This document shows, in pieces, positions 11,313 to 20,100 of a DNA stretch of 50,987 nt (position 1 is the first letter of the stretch; each line of letters begins with the position of its first letter). The notes beneath the pieces were generated by a model. It searched no databases, had not been told where the DNA came from, and was given only the letters and a program-made list of their open reading frames with translations. The stretch comes from Coriobacteriia bacterium (GTDB lineage Bacteria; Actinomycetota; Coriobacteriia; Anaerosomatales; PALSA-660), in contig JAHEXP010000005.1 in the NCBI GenBank assembly GCA_023252055.1, positions 1 to 50,987 on the forward strand, given 5' to 3'. A program made the position numbers and the translations under genes.

Positions 11313-13039
11313 TCTACCTCGTACAGCGATACCTGAAGCCGTATTGGAAGCAGGTCACGCTCGTGATGGTCCTGCTGCTGGCGCAGGCGATCGCGAACCT
11401 TTACCTGCCGGAACTGAACGCCGACATCATCAACAACGGCGTGTCCAAGGGTGACGTCGCCTACATCATGCAGACCGGCGCGTGGATGCTCGCCGTCACG
11501 CTCGGACTCGGCGTCATCTCGATCCTCAGCGTCTACTACGGTTCCTACGCCTCGATGGCGTTCGGACGCGACGTGCGCGCCGGCATCTTCCGCCGCGTGG
11601 GCGAGTTCGCGCAGACCGAGGTCAACAAGTTCGGGACCCCGTCACTCATCACGCGCAACACCAACGACGTGCAGCAGGTCCAGATGGTCCTGCTCATGAC
11701 GCTCAACGTGATGGTCATCGCGCCGTTCACCGGCATCGGCGGCATCATCATGGCGCTGCGTCAGGACGTGCCGCTGTCGGGCATCCTGCTCGTCATCGTG
11801 CCGGTCATGGGTATCTTCCTCGGTCTGCTCGTTTCCCGCGCGCTGCCCCTGTTCCGCGCGATGCAGATCAAGGTCGACAACATCAACCGCATCATGCGCG
11901 AAACGCTCACGGGCGTTCGCGTCATCCGCGCGTTCGTTCGCGACGACTTCGAGCAGAAGAGGTTCGGCGCGGCCAACGAGGACCTGACGGAGACGGCCCG
12001 CAAGGTCTTCCGCCTCTTCGCGCTCATGTGGCCGGTGCTCATGGTGGTCATGAACCTGTCGAGCGTCGCCGTGCTGTGGTTCGGCGGGCACCGCGTCGCC
12101 ACCGGCGCCATGCCGATCGGCAACCTCGTCGCGTTCCTGAACTACATCATGCAGATCCTCATGTCGGTCATGATGGCGACCTTCATGTTCACTTTGCTCC
12201 CGCGCGCCGAGGTCTCGGCCAAGCGCATCAAGGACGTGCTGCTCACCGATCCGAGCGTGTGCGACCCGGCCGTTCCGGCCGTCGCCGCCGTGACACGCGG
12301 CTACCTGGAGTTCCGCAACGTCGAGTTCGGCTACCCCGGCGCTCAGGAGCCGGTACTCAAAGACATCTCGTTCTCGGCTGGTCCGGGTGAGATCACGGCG
12401 GTCATCGGTTCGACGGGCAGCGGCAAGTCCACGCTGGTCAACCTCATCCCGCGCTTCTACGACGTCACCGGCGGCACGGTGCTCGTCGACGGCTTGGACG
12501 TGCGTGACATGAAGCAGGAAGACCTGTGGGCCAAGATCGGGTTCATCCCCCAGAAGGCCTTCCTGTTCTCCGGGACCGTGGAGAGCAACCTGCGCTACGG
12601 CGACGAACACGCGACCGATGAGGACCTGTGGCACGCGCTGACGGTGGCGCAGGGCGCCGAGTTCGTGCGCGAGATGCCCGACGGCCTGAAGGCCACGATC
12701 GCCCAGGGCGGCTCGAGCGTTTCCGGCGGACAGCGCCAGCGCCTCGCGATCGCCCGCGCGCTCGTGAAGCGTCCCGAGGTCTACGTCTTCGACGACAGCT
12801 TCTCGGCACTCGACTTCAAGACCGATGCGAAGCTGCGCGCTGCGCTCGAGAGCGAGACACGCCAGTCCACTGTCATCATCGTGGCCCAGCGCGTGAGCAC
12901 CATCCTGCACGCCGACCGCATCGTGGTCCTCGACGAGGGCCGCATCGCCGGCATCGGCACCCACAAGGAGCTCATCGACACGTGTGAGACCTACCGCGAG
13001 ATCGTCTACTCGCAGCTGACCGAAGAGGAGATCGCCTAA
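11309..13039 (+). CDS. ABC exporter, fused permease/ATPase subunit 1 (multidrug/lipid exporter type).
   Basis: 576 aa with a 6-TM domain, Walker A GSTGSGKST, signature VSGGQRQR and Walker B VYVFDD. Confidence 0.9.
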   Translation: MIYLVQRYLKPYWKQVTLVMVLLLAQAIANLYLPELNADIINNGVSKGDVAYIMQTGAWMLAVTLGLGVISILSVYYGSYASMAFGRDVRAGIFRRVGEFAQTEVNKFGTPSLITRNTNDVQQVQMVLLMTLNVMVIAPFTGIGGIIMALRQDVPLSGILLVIVPVMGIFLGLLVSRALPLFRAMQIKVDNINRIMRETLTGVRVIRAFVRDDFEQKRFGAANEDLTETARKVFRLFALMWPVLMVVMNLSSVAVLWFGGHRVATGAMPIGNLVAFLNYIMQILMSVMMATFMFTLLPRAEVSAKRIKDVLLTDPSVCDPAVPAVAAVTRGYLEFRNVEFGYPGAQEPVLKDISFSAGPGEITAVIGSTGSGKSTLVNLIPRFYDVTGGTVLVDGLDVRDMKQEDLWAKIGFIPQKAFLFSGTVESNLRYGDEHATDEDLWHALTVAQGAEFVREMPDGLKATIAQGGSSVSGGQRQRLAIARALVKRPEVYVFDDSFSALDFKTDAKLRAALESETRQSTVIIVAQRVSTILHADRIVVLDEGRIAGIGTHKELIDTCETYREIVYSQLTEEEIA

Positions 13040-15055
13040 ATGGCTGAGCGTAAAGACACCACCGCACCGGCCCGCCCGCGCGGCGGAGGCCCCGGCGGCG
13101 GCATGATGGGTGGCCAGGGGATGATCGGCACCGGCGTGAAGGCGCGCAACTTCGGCGAGTCGGCGAAGCGTCTGTTCGCCCTGCTGCGGCCGCGGATGGG
13201 CATGATCCTCGTCGTCATAGCGCTGGCCATCGTGAGCGTCACGATGTCCACGGTGGGCCCCAAGATCCTCGGCGACGCCACCAACAAGCTATTCGGCGGC
13301 ATCATGTCGCAGGTCATCACGGCGCAGGTGAAGGCGAAGTTGCCCGCCAACGTGCCCCTGTCGTCCGTGAAGCTCGCCGACGTCATCGCCCAGATGCGGT
13401 CGCACGGGCAGGGCCAGCTGGCGGACATGATCTCGAAGATGGACGTGAAGCTTGGCGGCAGCGTCGATTTCGGCGCGATCGGCAGCATCCTGCTGTTCCT
13501 CACGTTCCTGTACCTGCTGTCCGCCCTCTTCGGCTACCTGCAGCAGTACTTCACCGTTGGGATCTCGCAGGGCATCGTGTTCGACTTGCGCACCGACGTC
13601 GACGCCAAGCTCACGCGCCTGCCCCTGAGCTACTTCGACAGCCACCCGCGCGGGGACATCCTGTCCCGCGTCACCAACGACATCGACAACATCGCGCAGA
13701 CCCTTCAGCAGGCGCTCACGCAGATCACCACGTCGTTGCTGTCGGTCGTGGGCGTGCTCATCATGATGACGATCATCAGCCCGCTGCTCGCGGCCATCTC
13801 GCTGCTCGTGGTGCCTCTGTCCGTCGTCGTGACGATGCAGATCGCCAAGCGCAGCCAGAAGCAGTTCGCCGCGCAGTGGCAGCACACCGGCACGCTGAAC
13901 GGCCACATCGAGGAGACCCACACCGGGCGCAACGTCGTGAAGGTCTTCGGACATGAGAAGGACGCCGAGGAGACGTTCGAGGCCGAGAACGAGAAGTTGT
14001 TCCAGGCGAGCTTCAAGGCGCAGTTCATCTCCGGCATCATCCAGCCCTCGATGAACTTCCTCGGCAACCTGAACTTCGTCGCGATCGCCGTCATCGGCGG
14101 CGTGAAGGTGGCTACGGGCACGATGACGCTCGGCGACGTCACCGCATTCATCCAGTACTCGCGCCAGTTCACATGGCCGATCACGCAACTCGCCAGCATC
14201 ATGAACGTCATGCAGTCAGCCGTCGCATCGGCGGAGCGCGTCTTCGAGCTGCTCGACGAGACTGAGCAGAAGGCCGACACAACGTCGCCGGTGCATCTGA
14301 CCGACGTCACCGGGCACATCACGCTGTCCGACGTGTCGTTCCGCTACCTGCCCGACGAGCCGCTGATCGAGGACCTCAGCCTCGATGTGAAGCCGGGGCA
14401 GACCGTGGCCATCGTCGGCCCCACCGGCGCCGGCAAGACCACACTCGTGAACTTGCTCATGCGCTTCTACGAGATCGACCGCGGGAGCATCGCCATCGAC
14501 GGAGTGGACACGCGGGATATGACCCGTGCGCACGTCCGCTCGCTGTTCGGCATGGTGCTGCAGGACGCGTGGCTGTTCAGCGGCACGGTGCGCGAGAACA
14601 TCGCATACGGTCGCGAGGGCGCCAGCGAGGCCGAAGTCATGTCCGCTGCCGAAGCGGCGCACGTGGACCACTTCATCAAGACGCTGACCGACGGTTACGA
14701 CACCGTGCTCGACGACGACGCAACCAACGTCAGCCAGGGTGAGAAGCAGCTGCTCACGATCGCGCGCGCGTTCCTCGCCGATCCGCAGATCCTGATCCTG
14801 GACGAAGCCACGAGTTCGGTCGACACGCGTACGGAAGTCCTCATCCAGAAGGCGATGGCCAAGCTGATGCAGAACCGCACGTCGTTCGTCATCGCGCACC
14901 GACTGTCCACGATCCGCGACGCGGATATCATCCTCGTGATGAACCACGGGCGTATCGTCGAGAAGGGCACGCACCAGGAACTCCTGGACGCCCGCGGCTT
15001 CTACTACGATCTCTACAACAGCCAGTTCGTCGAAGCGCTGGACGAGGCCAGCTAG
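13040..15055 (+). CDS. ABC exporter, fused permease/ATPase subunit 2 (heterodimer partner).
   Basis: 671 aa. Its ATG directly follows the upstream TAA. Walker A is GPTGAGKTT, signature VSQGEKQL and Walker B ILILDEATS. Confidence 0.9.
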   Translation: MAERKDTTAPARPRGGGPGGGMMGGQGMIGTGVKARNFGESAKRLFALLRPRMGMILVVIALAIVSVTMSTVGPKILGDATNKLFGGIMSQVITAQVKAKLPANVPLSSVKLADVIAQMRSHGQGQLADMISKMDVKLGGSVDFGAIGSILLFLTFLYLLSALFGYLQQYFTVGISQGIVFDLRTDVDAKLTRLPLSYFDSHPRGDILSRVTNDIDNIAQTLQQALTQITTSLLSVVGVLIMMTIISPLLAAISLLVVPLSVVVTMQIAKRSQKQFAAQWQHTGTLNGHIEETHTGRNVVKVFGHEKDAEETFEAENEKLFQASFKAQFISGIIQPSMNFLGNLNFVAIAVIGGVKVATGTMTLGDVTAFIQYSRQFTWPITQLASIMNVMQSAVASAERVFELLDETEQKADTTSPVHLTDVTGHITLSDVSFRYLPDEPLIEDLSLDVKPGQTVAIVGPTGAGKTTLVNLLMRFYEIDRGSIAIDGVDTRDMTRAHVRSLFGMVLQDAWLFSGTVRENIAYGREGASEAEVMSAAEAAHVDHFIKTLTDGYDTVLDDDATNVSQGEKQLLTIARAFLADPQILILDEATSSVDTRTEVLIQKAMAKLMQNRTSFVIAHRLSTIRDADIILVMNHGRIVEKGTHQELLDARGFYYDLYNSQFVEALDEAS

Positions 15056-15085
15056 CGCTCGTCGGCATCGGAAGCAGGCACACAG

Positions 15086-15367
15086 GTGAAACGCACCGCA
15101 GCCATCCTCGTCCTCGTGCTCACGCTCGGGCTGGGGGTGGCTGCGTGCGCGCCTGCGGGCCCGAGCGCCACTGAACTGAAGGCACAGTGCTTCTCCAACG
15201 AGCAGTTGATCGGCGCCAGCATGAAGCTCTTCTACGCCGACGCCGGCATCTACCCGCCGCTCTCCACGGTGACCGATAAGCTCCACCTGAAGTGCCCGAG
15301 CGGCGGCGCCTACACGTTCGACGCGGCCACCGGCGTCGTCACCTGCTCGGTGCACGGCCACCCGTAA
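15086..15367 (+). CDS. Small lipoprotein with a pseudopilin-like Cys-containing head domain.
   Basis: 93 aa with a GTG start. The signal peptide carries the lipobox VAAC. The C-terminal pattern is C-x2-N-x3-I...YADAGIYP...CPSGGAY...GVVTC. Confidence 0.5.
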   Translation: MKRTAAILVLVLTLGLGVAACAPAGPSATELKAQCFSNEQLIGASMKLFYADAGIYPPLSTVTDKLHLKCPSGGAYTFDAATGVVTCSVHGHP

Positions 15368-15419
15368 GAACCAGCGCTCCTCCCGCCACGACCGGCATCC
15401 CGCCCCGAAAGGCCTGTAG

Positions 15420-15926
15420 ATGACTGAACGCAGCGTGCTCGGCGCCCAGAACGTGAGCAGCATGTGCATGGTGTGCGGCCGCGACAACGCATCCAGCCTC
15501 AAGGCCCGCTTCTACGAACTCGAGGACGGCGAACTGCTCGGCGTCTTCGACCCGCTCGAGATGCATCAGAGCTACCCCGGGCGCGTGCACGGCGGCATCA
15601 TCACGGCGATGCTCGACGAGACCATAGGCCGCGCGGTGAACCTCGATGACCTCGACGCATGGGGCGTCACCGTGGAGATCACCGTGCGCTTCCGAAAGCC
15701 GGTCCCGGTGGGCGACGAGGTCCGCGTCCTGGCACGCATCACCAAGGACTCGCGGCGCCTGTTCGAAGGCTCGGGCGAGATCGTGCTCGCCGACGGCACC
15801 GTGGCCGCGGAGGCCACAGGCCGCTACATGAAGCTCGGCATCGACAAGATCGCCGACGGCGACTTCTCCACGCAGTGGTTCGTCGACGAGCGCGACCGGC
15901 CCTCGACGGTGTCGCTGCCGCGATAG
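15420..15926 (+). CDS. PaaI/4HBT-family hotdog-fold thioesterase.
   Basis: 168 aa with N-terminal CMVCG and the VHGGIITAMLDETIG core. Confidence 0.75.
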   Translation: MTERSVLGAQNVSSMCMVCGRDNASSLKARFYELEDGELLGVFDPLEMHQSYPGRVHGGIITAMLDETIGRAVNLDDLDAWGVTVEITVRFRKPVPVGDEVRVLARITKDSRRLFEGSGEIVLADGTVAAEATGRYMKLGIDKIADGDFSTQWFVDERDRPSTVSLPR

Positions 15927-15952
15927 CTCGGCTGCCGCCTCGATGCACGATT

Positions 15953-15990
15953 CGCAGAAGGTCCCGGGATCGCTCCCGAGACCTTCTGCG
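15953..15990. terminator. Bidirectional terminator-like hairpin between convergent genes.
   Basis: 17-bp stem with one mismatch (cgcagaaggtcccggga / tcccgagaccttctgcg) and loop tcgc. There is no clear U-tract. Confidence 0.5.
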
Positions 15991-16019
15991 ACTGCCGCAT
16001 GTGCTGCAGTACCGGACGC

Positions 16020-17609
16020 CTACTTCGACTTCACCTTGACCGTCTTCGATGTCGACGCCTTGTAGTAGCCAGTCCCCAGGAAGCGGACGCGGAAGTAGTA
16101 ATAGCCGCGCTTCGAGAGCTTGTACGTGTAGCTCGTCGCGCCGGATGCCGCCGTCGTGCGCGTGCTCAACAGGATCCAGCTCTTCGAACCGGGCCTCTTG
16201 ACCTCGTAGCGCACCTTCAGGGCGGCCGGCCCCGCGACACCTGCGTGGCGCAGCACGCTCGAGACCTTGATCGACTTCCCATGCTTCACGCTCGCGTGGT
16301 TGCCGCTGAGCGAGCACGTCGTCGGCGCCGGGTCCTTGGCGAAGGTCGCCGCGATCGTGTGGTCCGCTTGCACGTTCGCGAACGTGTAGGAGCTCGTCAC
16401 CGCCACGGCCACGCCATCGACGGCGAGCGTCTGGATGTGCGACCCGGCGTCAGGCGTGATCGTGAACGTGATGTCCTCCCCCGCTTCCACCACCTGGACC
16501 TCCGCCGGTGAGATCGCACCGGCTGAACCCGCGGTGGGAGCGATCGAGAAGGTGCCCGCTTCGTTCACCGCGAACGTGACCGAGATCGAATGCGCCTCGC
16601 GCACGTCCGCGAGGGTGTACGAACTCAGCGCTCCGACCGAGTCCCCGTCGACGAGCACGTCCGCCACGTGGTACCCGGGGTCGGCGGTGAAGGTGAAGGA
16701 GACATCGGATCCGAATGTCGCGTTCTGCGACCCGGCCGGGGACGCCAGACCATGCAGGCCCGCGCTCACGTCGATGGCGTACACGTTCGCGGCGAAGGTG
16801 ACCGCGATCGCGTGCGTCGCCCGGACGTTGGTGAACGTGTATGAGTCGGCAGCGACGACGGCACCGCCGTCCACCAGCACCGACGAGACGTGGTAGCCGG
16901 TGCTCGATGTGAAGTCGAAGGTCTGAGCGGCGCCGGCGACCACGTTCTTCACGCCCGCGGGCGAGATGGAGCCGTGTGCGCCCGCGCTGGCCGTGATCGC
17001 GTACGTGACGAGCACGTCGGCCGCGAACGTCGCCGATATGGTGTGGTCGGCGGTGACATTGTCGAACGTGTAGCTGGTGACCGCCCCCACAGGCACCGAG
17101 TCAACGGTGACGGCCGCGATGTGGTAGCCCGGGTCGGGCGTGATGGAGCACGTGAGGTCGGAGCCGTGCGCTACCGTCAGCGTCCCTGGCGAGATCATGC
17201 CGTTGGCGCCGGAGGTCACCACCACCAGATGTGAGACGACCGGGGTGCCGTCGGGGCTGACGACCGTCACCCCGAGCGGTCCGGGATAGCCGTTAACCGC
17301 ATATACCGTGTAGGTCGCACCGGTCGGCACCGAGAATTCGCCGGTGTCGCCGGGCTGCCCGGCGATCCGCGTCGATCCCCGGAAGACGGCCCACTCCTCG
17401 CCGCCGTTCGAGACGTTGTACACCGCCGTGGAGCCGTCGTTCGAAGCCAGCGTCACGACCGGGCTCACGCCCGGTCCGACATGGCACGACAGGGCGTCAC
17501 AACGGGTCGGCCATGAGAGACCCACCTTCGCGTATGCGTTCGTCGCGAGGCCCCCCGTGAGTGACAGGGCTGCGACCACTGCCGCCGCGATCAGGACTCT
17601 CCCCTTCAT
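16020..17609 (-). CDS. Secreted surface protein with a signal peptide, a Cys-x4-Cys-His N-domain, five InlB-B-type repeats and a C-terminal Ig-like module.
   Basis: 529 aa with GGAGGTG 7 nt upstream. The N-terminus is MKGRVLIAAAVVAALSLTGGLATNAYA. Five ~72-aa repeats follow the pattern G.ISP.G...V..G....F..T.D.GYH...V.VDG..V......YTF.NV...H.I..TFA. The C-terminal module is YEVKRPGSKSW...KRGYYYFRVRFLG. Confidence 0.85.
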   Translation of the reverse strand: MKGRVLIAAAVVAALSLTGGLATNAYAKVGLSWPTRCDALSCHVGPGVSPVVTLASNDGSTAVYNVSNGGEEWAVFRGSTRIAGQPGDTGEFSVPTGATYTVYAVNGYPGPLGVTVVSPDGTPVVSHLVVVTSGANGMISPGTLTVAHGSDLTCSITPDPGYHIAAVTVDSVPVGAVTSYTFDNVTADHTISATFAADVLVTYAITASAGAHGSISPAGVKNVVAGAAQTFDFTSSTGYHVSSVLVDGGAVVAADSYTFTNVRATHAIAVTFAANVYAIDVSAGLHGLASPAGSQNATFGSDVSFTFTADPGYHVADVLVDGDSVGALSSYTLADVREAHSISVTFAVNEAGTFSIAPTAGSAGAISPAEVQVVEAGEDITFTITPDAGSHIQTLAVDGVAVAVTSSYTFANVQADHTIAATFAKDPAPTTCSLSGNHASVKHGKSIKVSSVLRHAGVAGPAALKVRYEVKRPGSKSWILLSTRTTAASGATSYTYKLSKRGYYYFRVRFLGTGYYKASTSKTVKVKSK

Positions 17610-17763
17610 GCACGCTCACCTCCGCTGCAGGGCGCGACCTGACCCCCGGCCGGTCGCGCGGGCTTGTTCCGACCCTCGAGATGCGCGCGTCGTGCTCGCG
17701 CGAACCGGTTATCGGCATGCTGGAGACGCGCTTGACCGCCTTTCGACGGCTGGCGTCCGCTGT

Positions 17764-17808
17764 CGTACGGAGAGGGGCCCCGGGAATCCCGGGGCCCCTC
17801 TCCGTACG
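17764..17808 (-). terminator. Perfect 21-bp hairpin with a 3-nt loop, downstream of ORF 17830..18141.
   Basis: cgtacggagaggggccccggg aat cccggggcccctctccgtacg. It starts 21 nt after the stop of the upstream minus-strand ORF and has no U-tract. Confidence 0.55.
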
Positions 17809-17829
17809 CAGCAGTCGATGTGCCGCGCG

Positions 17830-18141
17830 CTACCTCACTCTCACGCTCACAACGCGAGAGGTCGATGCCAGGAAGTCGTCGGTCCCCATGTAGCGCACTC
17901 GGAAGCGGTACGTGCCGCGCCTGCTGAGGGTGACCCTGACGTTCGATGAGCCGCTGGTCGACACCAGCCTCGTGGCGAGTGGGCGCCAGGTGCTCGAACC
18001 GGGACGCTGGACCTCGTAGAAGACCTGCGAACCGAAGAAGAGCGCGGGGAGGCTGTTGCTCAGCACGCCGGAGAGCCGGACCGCGTGCCCCCGCCGGATG
18101 CTGTCGTCACTGGTCGATGCCCCACGCGTGGACGACGTCAT
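17830..18141 (-). CDS. Orphan 103-aa ORF consisting only of the C-terminal surface-protein module. It may be a gene remnant.
   Basis: YEVQRPGSSTW...SRRGTYRFRVRYMGT...STSRVVSVRV aligns with the C-terminus of 16020..17609. It has no signal peptide and no SD at a proper distance. Confidence 0.4.
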   Translation of the reverse strand: MTSSTRGASTSDDSIRRGHAVRLSGVLSNSLPALFFGSQVFYEVQRPGSSTWRPLATRLVSTSGSSNVRVTLSRRGTYRFRVRYMGTDDFLASTSRVVSVRVR

Positions 18142-18235
18142 GCGACGCTTGCACGAACCTTCCTACCCTATGACATCGACTACAGCGAGCCGCTCGTCGG
18201 GTCGTGAACGGTCGCCGCAAAGGTCGAGAGCTGCC

Positions 18236-18994
18236 CTATGCCTGTGAGAGGGATGCGGGCGGTTCGACGTCGTCGTAGATGCGTGCCGCACAGAGCTTGC
18301 CGCTGAGCCCGCGCTGGTATGCGGCGGCGCCAGCCTGAGGGGGCATCGCATCCTTGCCCCAGCGATCGGCCATGTACTCGTACACGACGGTCTCACCGTC
18401 GTCCGTGATCGTCCCAAGATGCAGGACGATGGGGCCCTGGCTCAGGACAGCCCGATACCACGATGTCCGCTCGGGCCCGCGGTAGACCCATCGTCCGCCA
18501 GCTGGTTCCCGAACCATGCCGTCCGCCTCGAAGACTCCGTCTGCGGCATCCGCATCCCCCCTGCCGAGCGCCTCGTGATAGGTGCCTACCGGCTCGGGAG
18601 GGCGCTCTGTCAGGGTGTACGGCATGAGCGGATGCCGTACAACGTGCCTACCGGTCAGTGGCCACGTACTGTGGTAGATGCGCAGGTTTCGAACGATGCC
18701 TCCGGCGACGTCGGCAACGAGCATCACCGGGACCTGGACGCGCGCGCCGCCCGAATCGAGTTCGAGCTCGAGCTCGTGGACGACCCGCCCAGGGGTCACC
18801 ACGGTGTGCACCTCCGACGAGGTCGCAGCATGCCGCGCAAGCCAGCCCCGTGTCTCGGCGAGGAACCCCTCAGGCTCCTGCCGTCCGCCGGCCGGGGTAT
18901 CGACGGTCGCCTGTGCGTCGAACATCTCCGCGATCCCGCCTTCGTCGGCGATGAGGCGCGGGTACAGCGATCGAAGTTTCTCCGCCACAGTCAT
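18236..18994 (-). CDS. NTF2-like / SnoaL-like (tandem) protein.
   Basis: The ORF was trimmed to Met21 (GGAGGA 4-5 nt upstream). The composition and pattern suggest two ketosteroid-isomerase-like halves. The family call is weak. Confidence 0.5.
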   Translation of the reverse strand: MTVAEKLRSLYPRLIADEGGIAEMFDAQATVDTPAGGRQEPEGFLAETRGWLARHAATSSEVHTVVTPGRVVHELELELDSGGARVQVPVMLVADVAGGIVRNLRIYHSTWPLTGRHVVRHPLMPYTLTERPPEPVGTYHEALGRGDADAADGVFEADGMVREPAGGRWVYRGPERTSWYRAVLSQGPIVLHLGTITDDGETVVYEYMADRWGKDAMPPQAGAAAYQRGLSGKLCAARIYDDVEPPASLSQA

Positions 18995-19152
18995 GGTTCC
19001 TCCCCAGCGTGTGCCGACGGCCGACGGCGGGCGACACATGCATCGCTCGGCCATCCCTCTATCTACCCGACGGCCGCAGCCGCACGCAGGGGGCCCTTGG
19101 CTGCGCTCGTATACTGGGAAGGCATGGCCACCTCGGCACGGGAGGGCTCGAC

Positions 19153-20100
19153 GTGAAGGCGCTTTGGCTGGAAGACCGGGAACTGTCCGTTCGCGACGTC
19201 CCGGCGCCGCTGTGCGAGGACGAGGCGCTCATCCGGGTGAGGGTGTCGGGGATCTGCGGCACCGATCTCGAACTCGTGCGCGGCTACTACCCGTTCACGG
19301 GCGTGATCGGCCACGAGTTCGTGGGGGACGTCGTCGCGTCCCCGGACGCGGATTGGCTCGGCGCCCGGGTGGTCGGCGACATCAACGCCTCGTGCGGCGC
19401 GTGCGAACAGTGCCTCGCCGGCCGGCCCACCCACTGCGAAGCGCGGACGGTGCTGGGGATCTCCGAGCGCGCGGGAGCGCACGCGGAGTACCTGACGCTC
19501 CCGGTGGCGAATCTGCATCGGGTGCCCGACTCCGTGTCCGACGAGGCCGCGGTGTTCACCGAACCGATCGCGGCGGCCGTGGAGATACTGGCCCAGGTGC
19601 CGATCGGCCCCGGCGATCGCGTGCTGCTCGTCGGCGCAGGCAGGCTCGGCCAACTGATCGCCCAGGTGCTCGCCACCACAGGCGCGGACCTCGCGGTCGT
19701 GGCGCGGCATGATCGCCAGAAGGCCCTCCTGCACGCGCGCGGCATCCGCACCCTCGAGCCGGATGGCGTGGAGCCACGGAGGTGGGACGTCGTCGTCGAG
19801 GCGACCGGCTCCCCTTCCGGCTTCGGTCTCGCTGCCGCGGCGCTACGGCCGCGCGGCACGCTCGTGCTGAAGTCGACCTACCGCGGCGACGTCACGCTCG
19901 CCCTGGCGCCCTTCGTCGTGGACGAGATAACGATAGTGGGCTCGCGCTGCGGGCCGTTCGAGCCCGCGCTGGCGCTGCTCGAGTCCGGCGCGGTGGATCC
20001 CGTGCCCCTCATCGAGGCCACGTTCCCGCTCGCCGACGCCGTCGAGGCCGTGCGGGTCGCCGGCGAGCCGGGAACGATGAAGGTGCTGCTCAGGCCCTAG
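19153..20100 (+). CDS. Zinc-dependent alcohol dehydrogenase (MDR superfamily).
   Basis: GTG at 19153 with GGGAGGG 6 nt upstream. Motifs are GICGTDLELVRG, GHEFVG, the structural-Zn region CGACEQC...C and the GAGRLG Rossmann motif. Confidence 0.8.
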   Translation: MKALWLEDRELSVRDVPAPLCEDEALIRVRVSGICGTDLELVRGYYPFTGVIGHEFVGDVVASPDADWLGARVVGDINASCGACEQCLAGRPTHCEARTVLGISERAGAHAEYLTLPVANLHRVPDSVSDEAAVFTEPIAAAVEILAQVPIGPGDRVLLVGAGRLGQLIAQVLATTGADLAVVARHDRQKALLHARGIRTLEPDGVEPRRWDVVVEATGSPSGFGLAAAALRPRGTLVLKSTYRGDVTLALAPFVVDEITIVGSRCGPFEPALALLESGAVDPVPLIEATFPLADAVEAVRVAGEPGTMKVLLRP

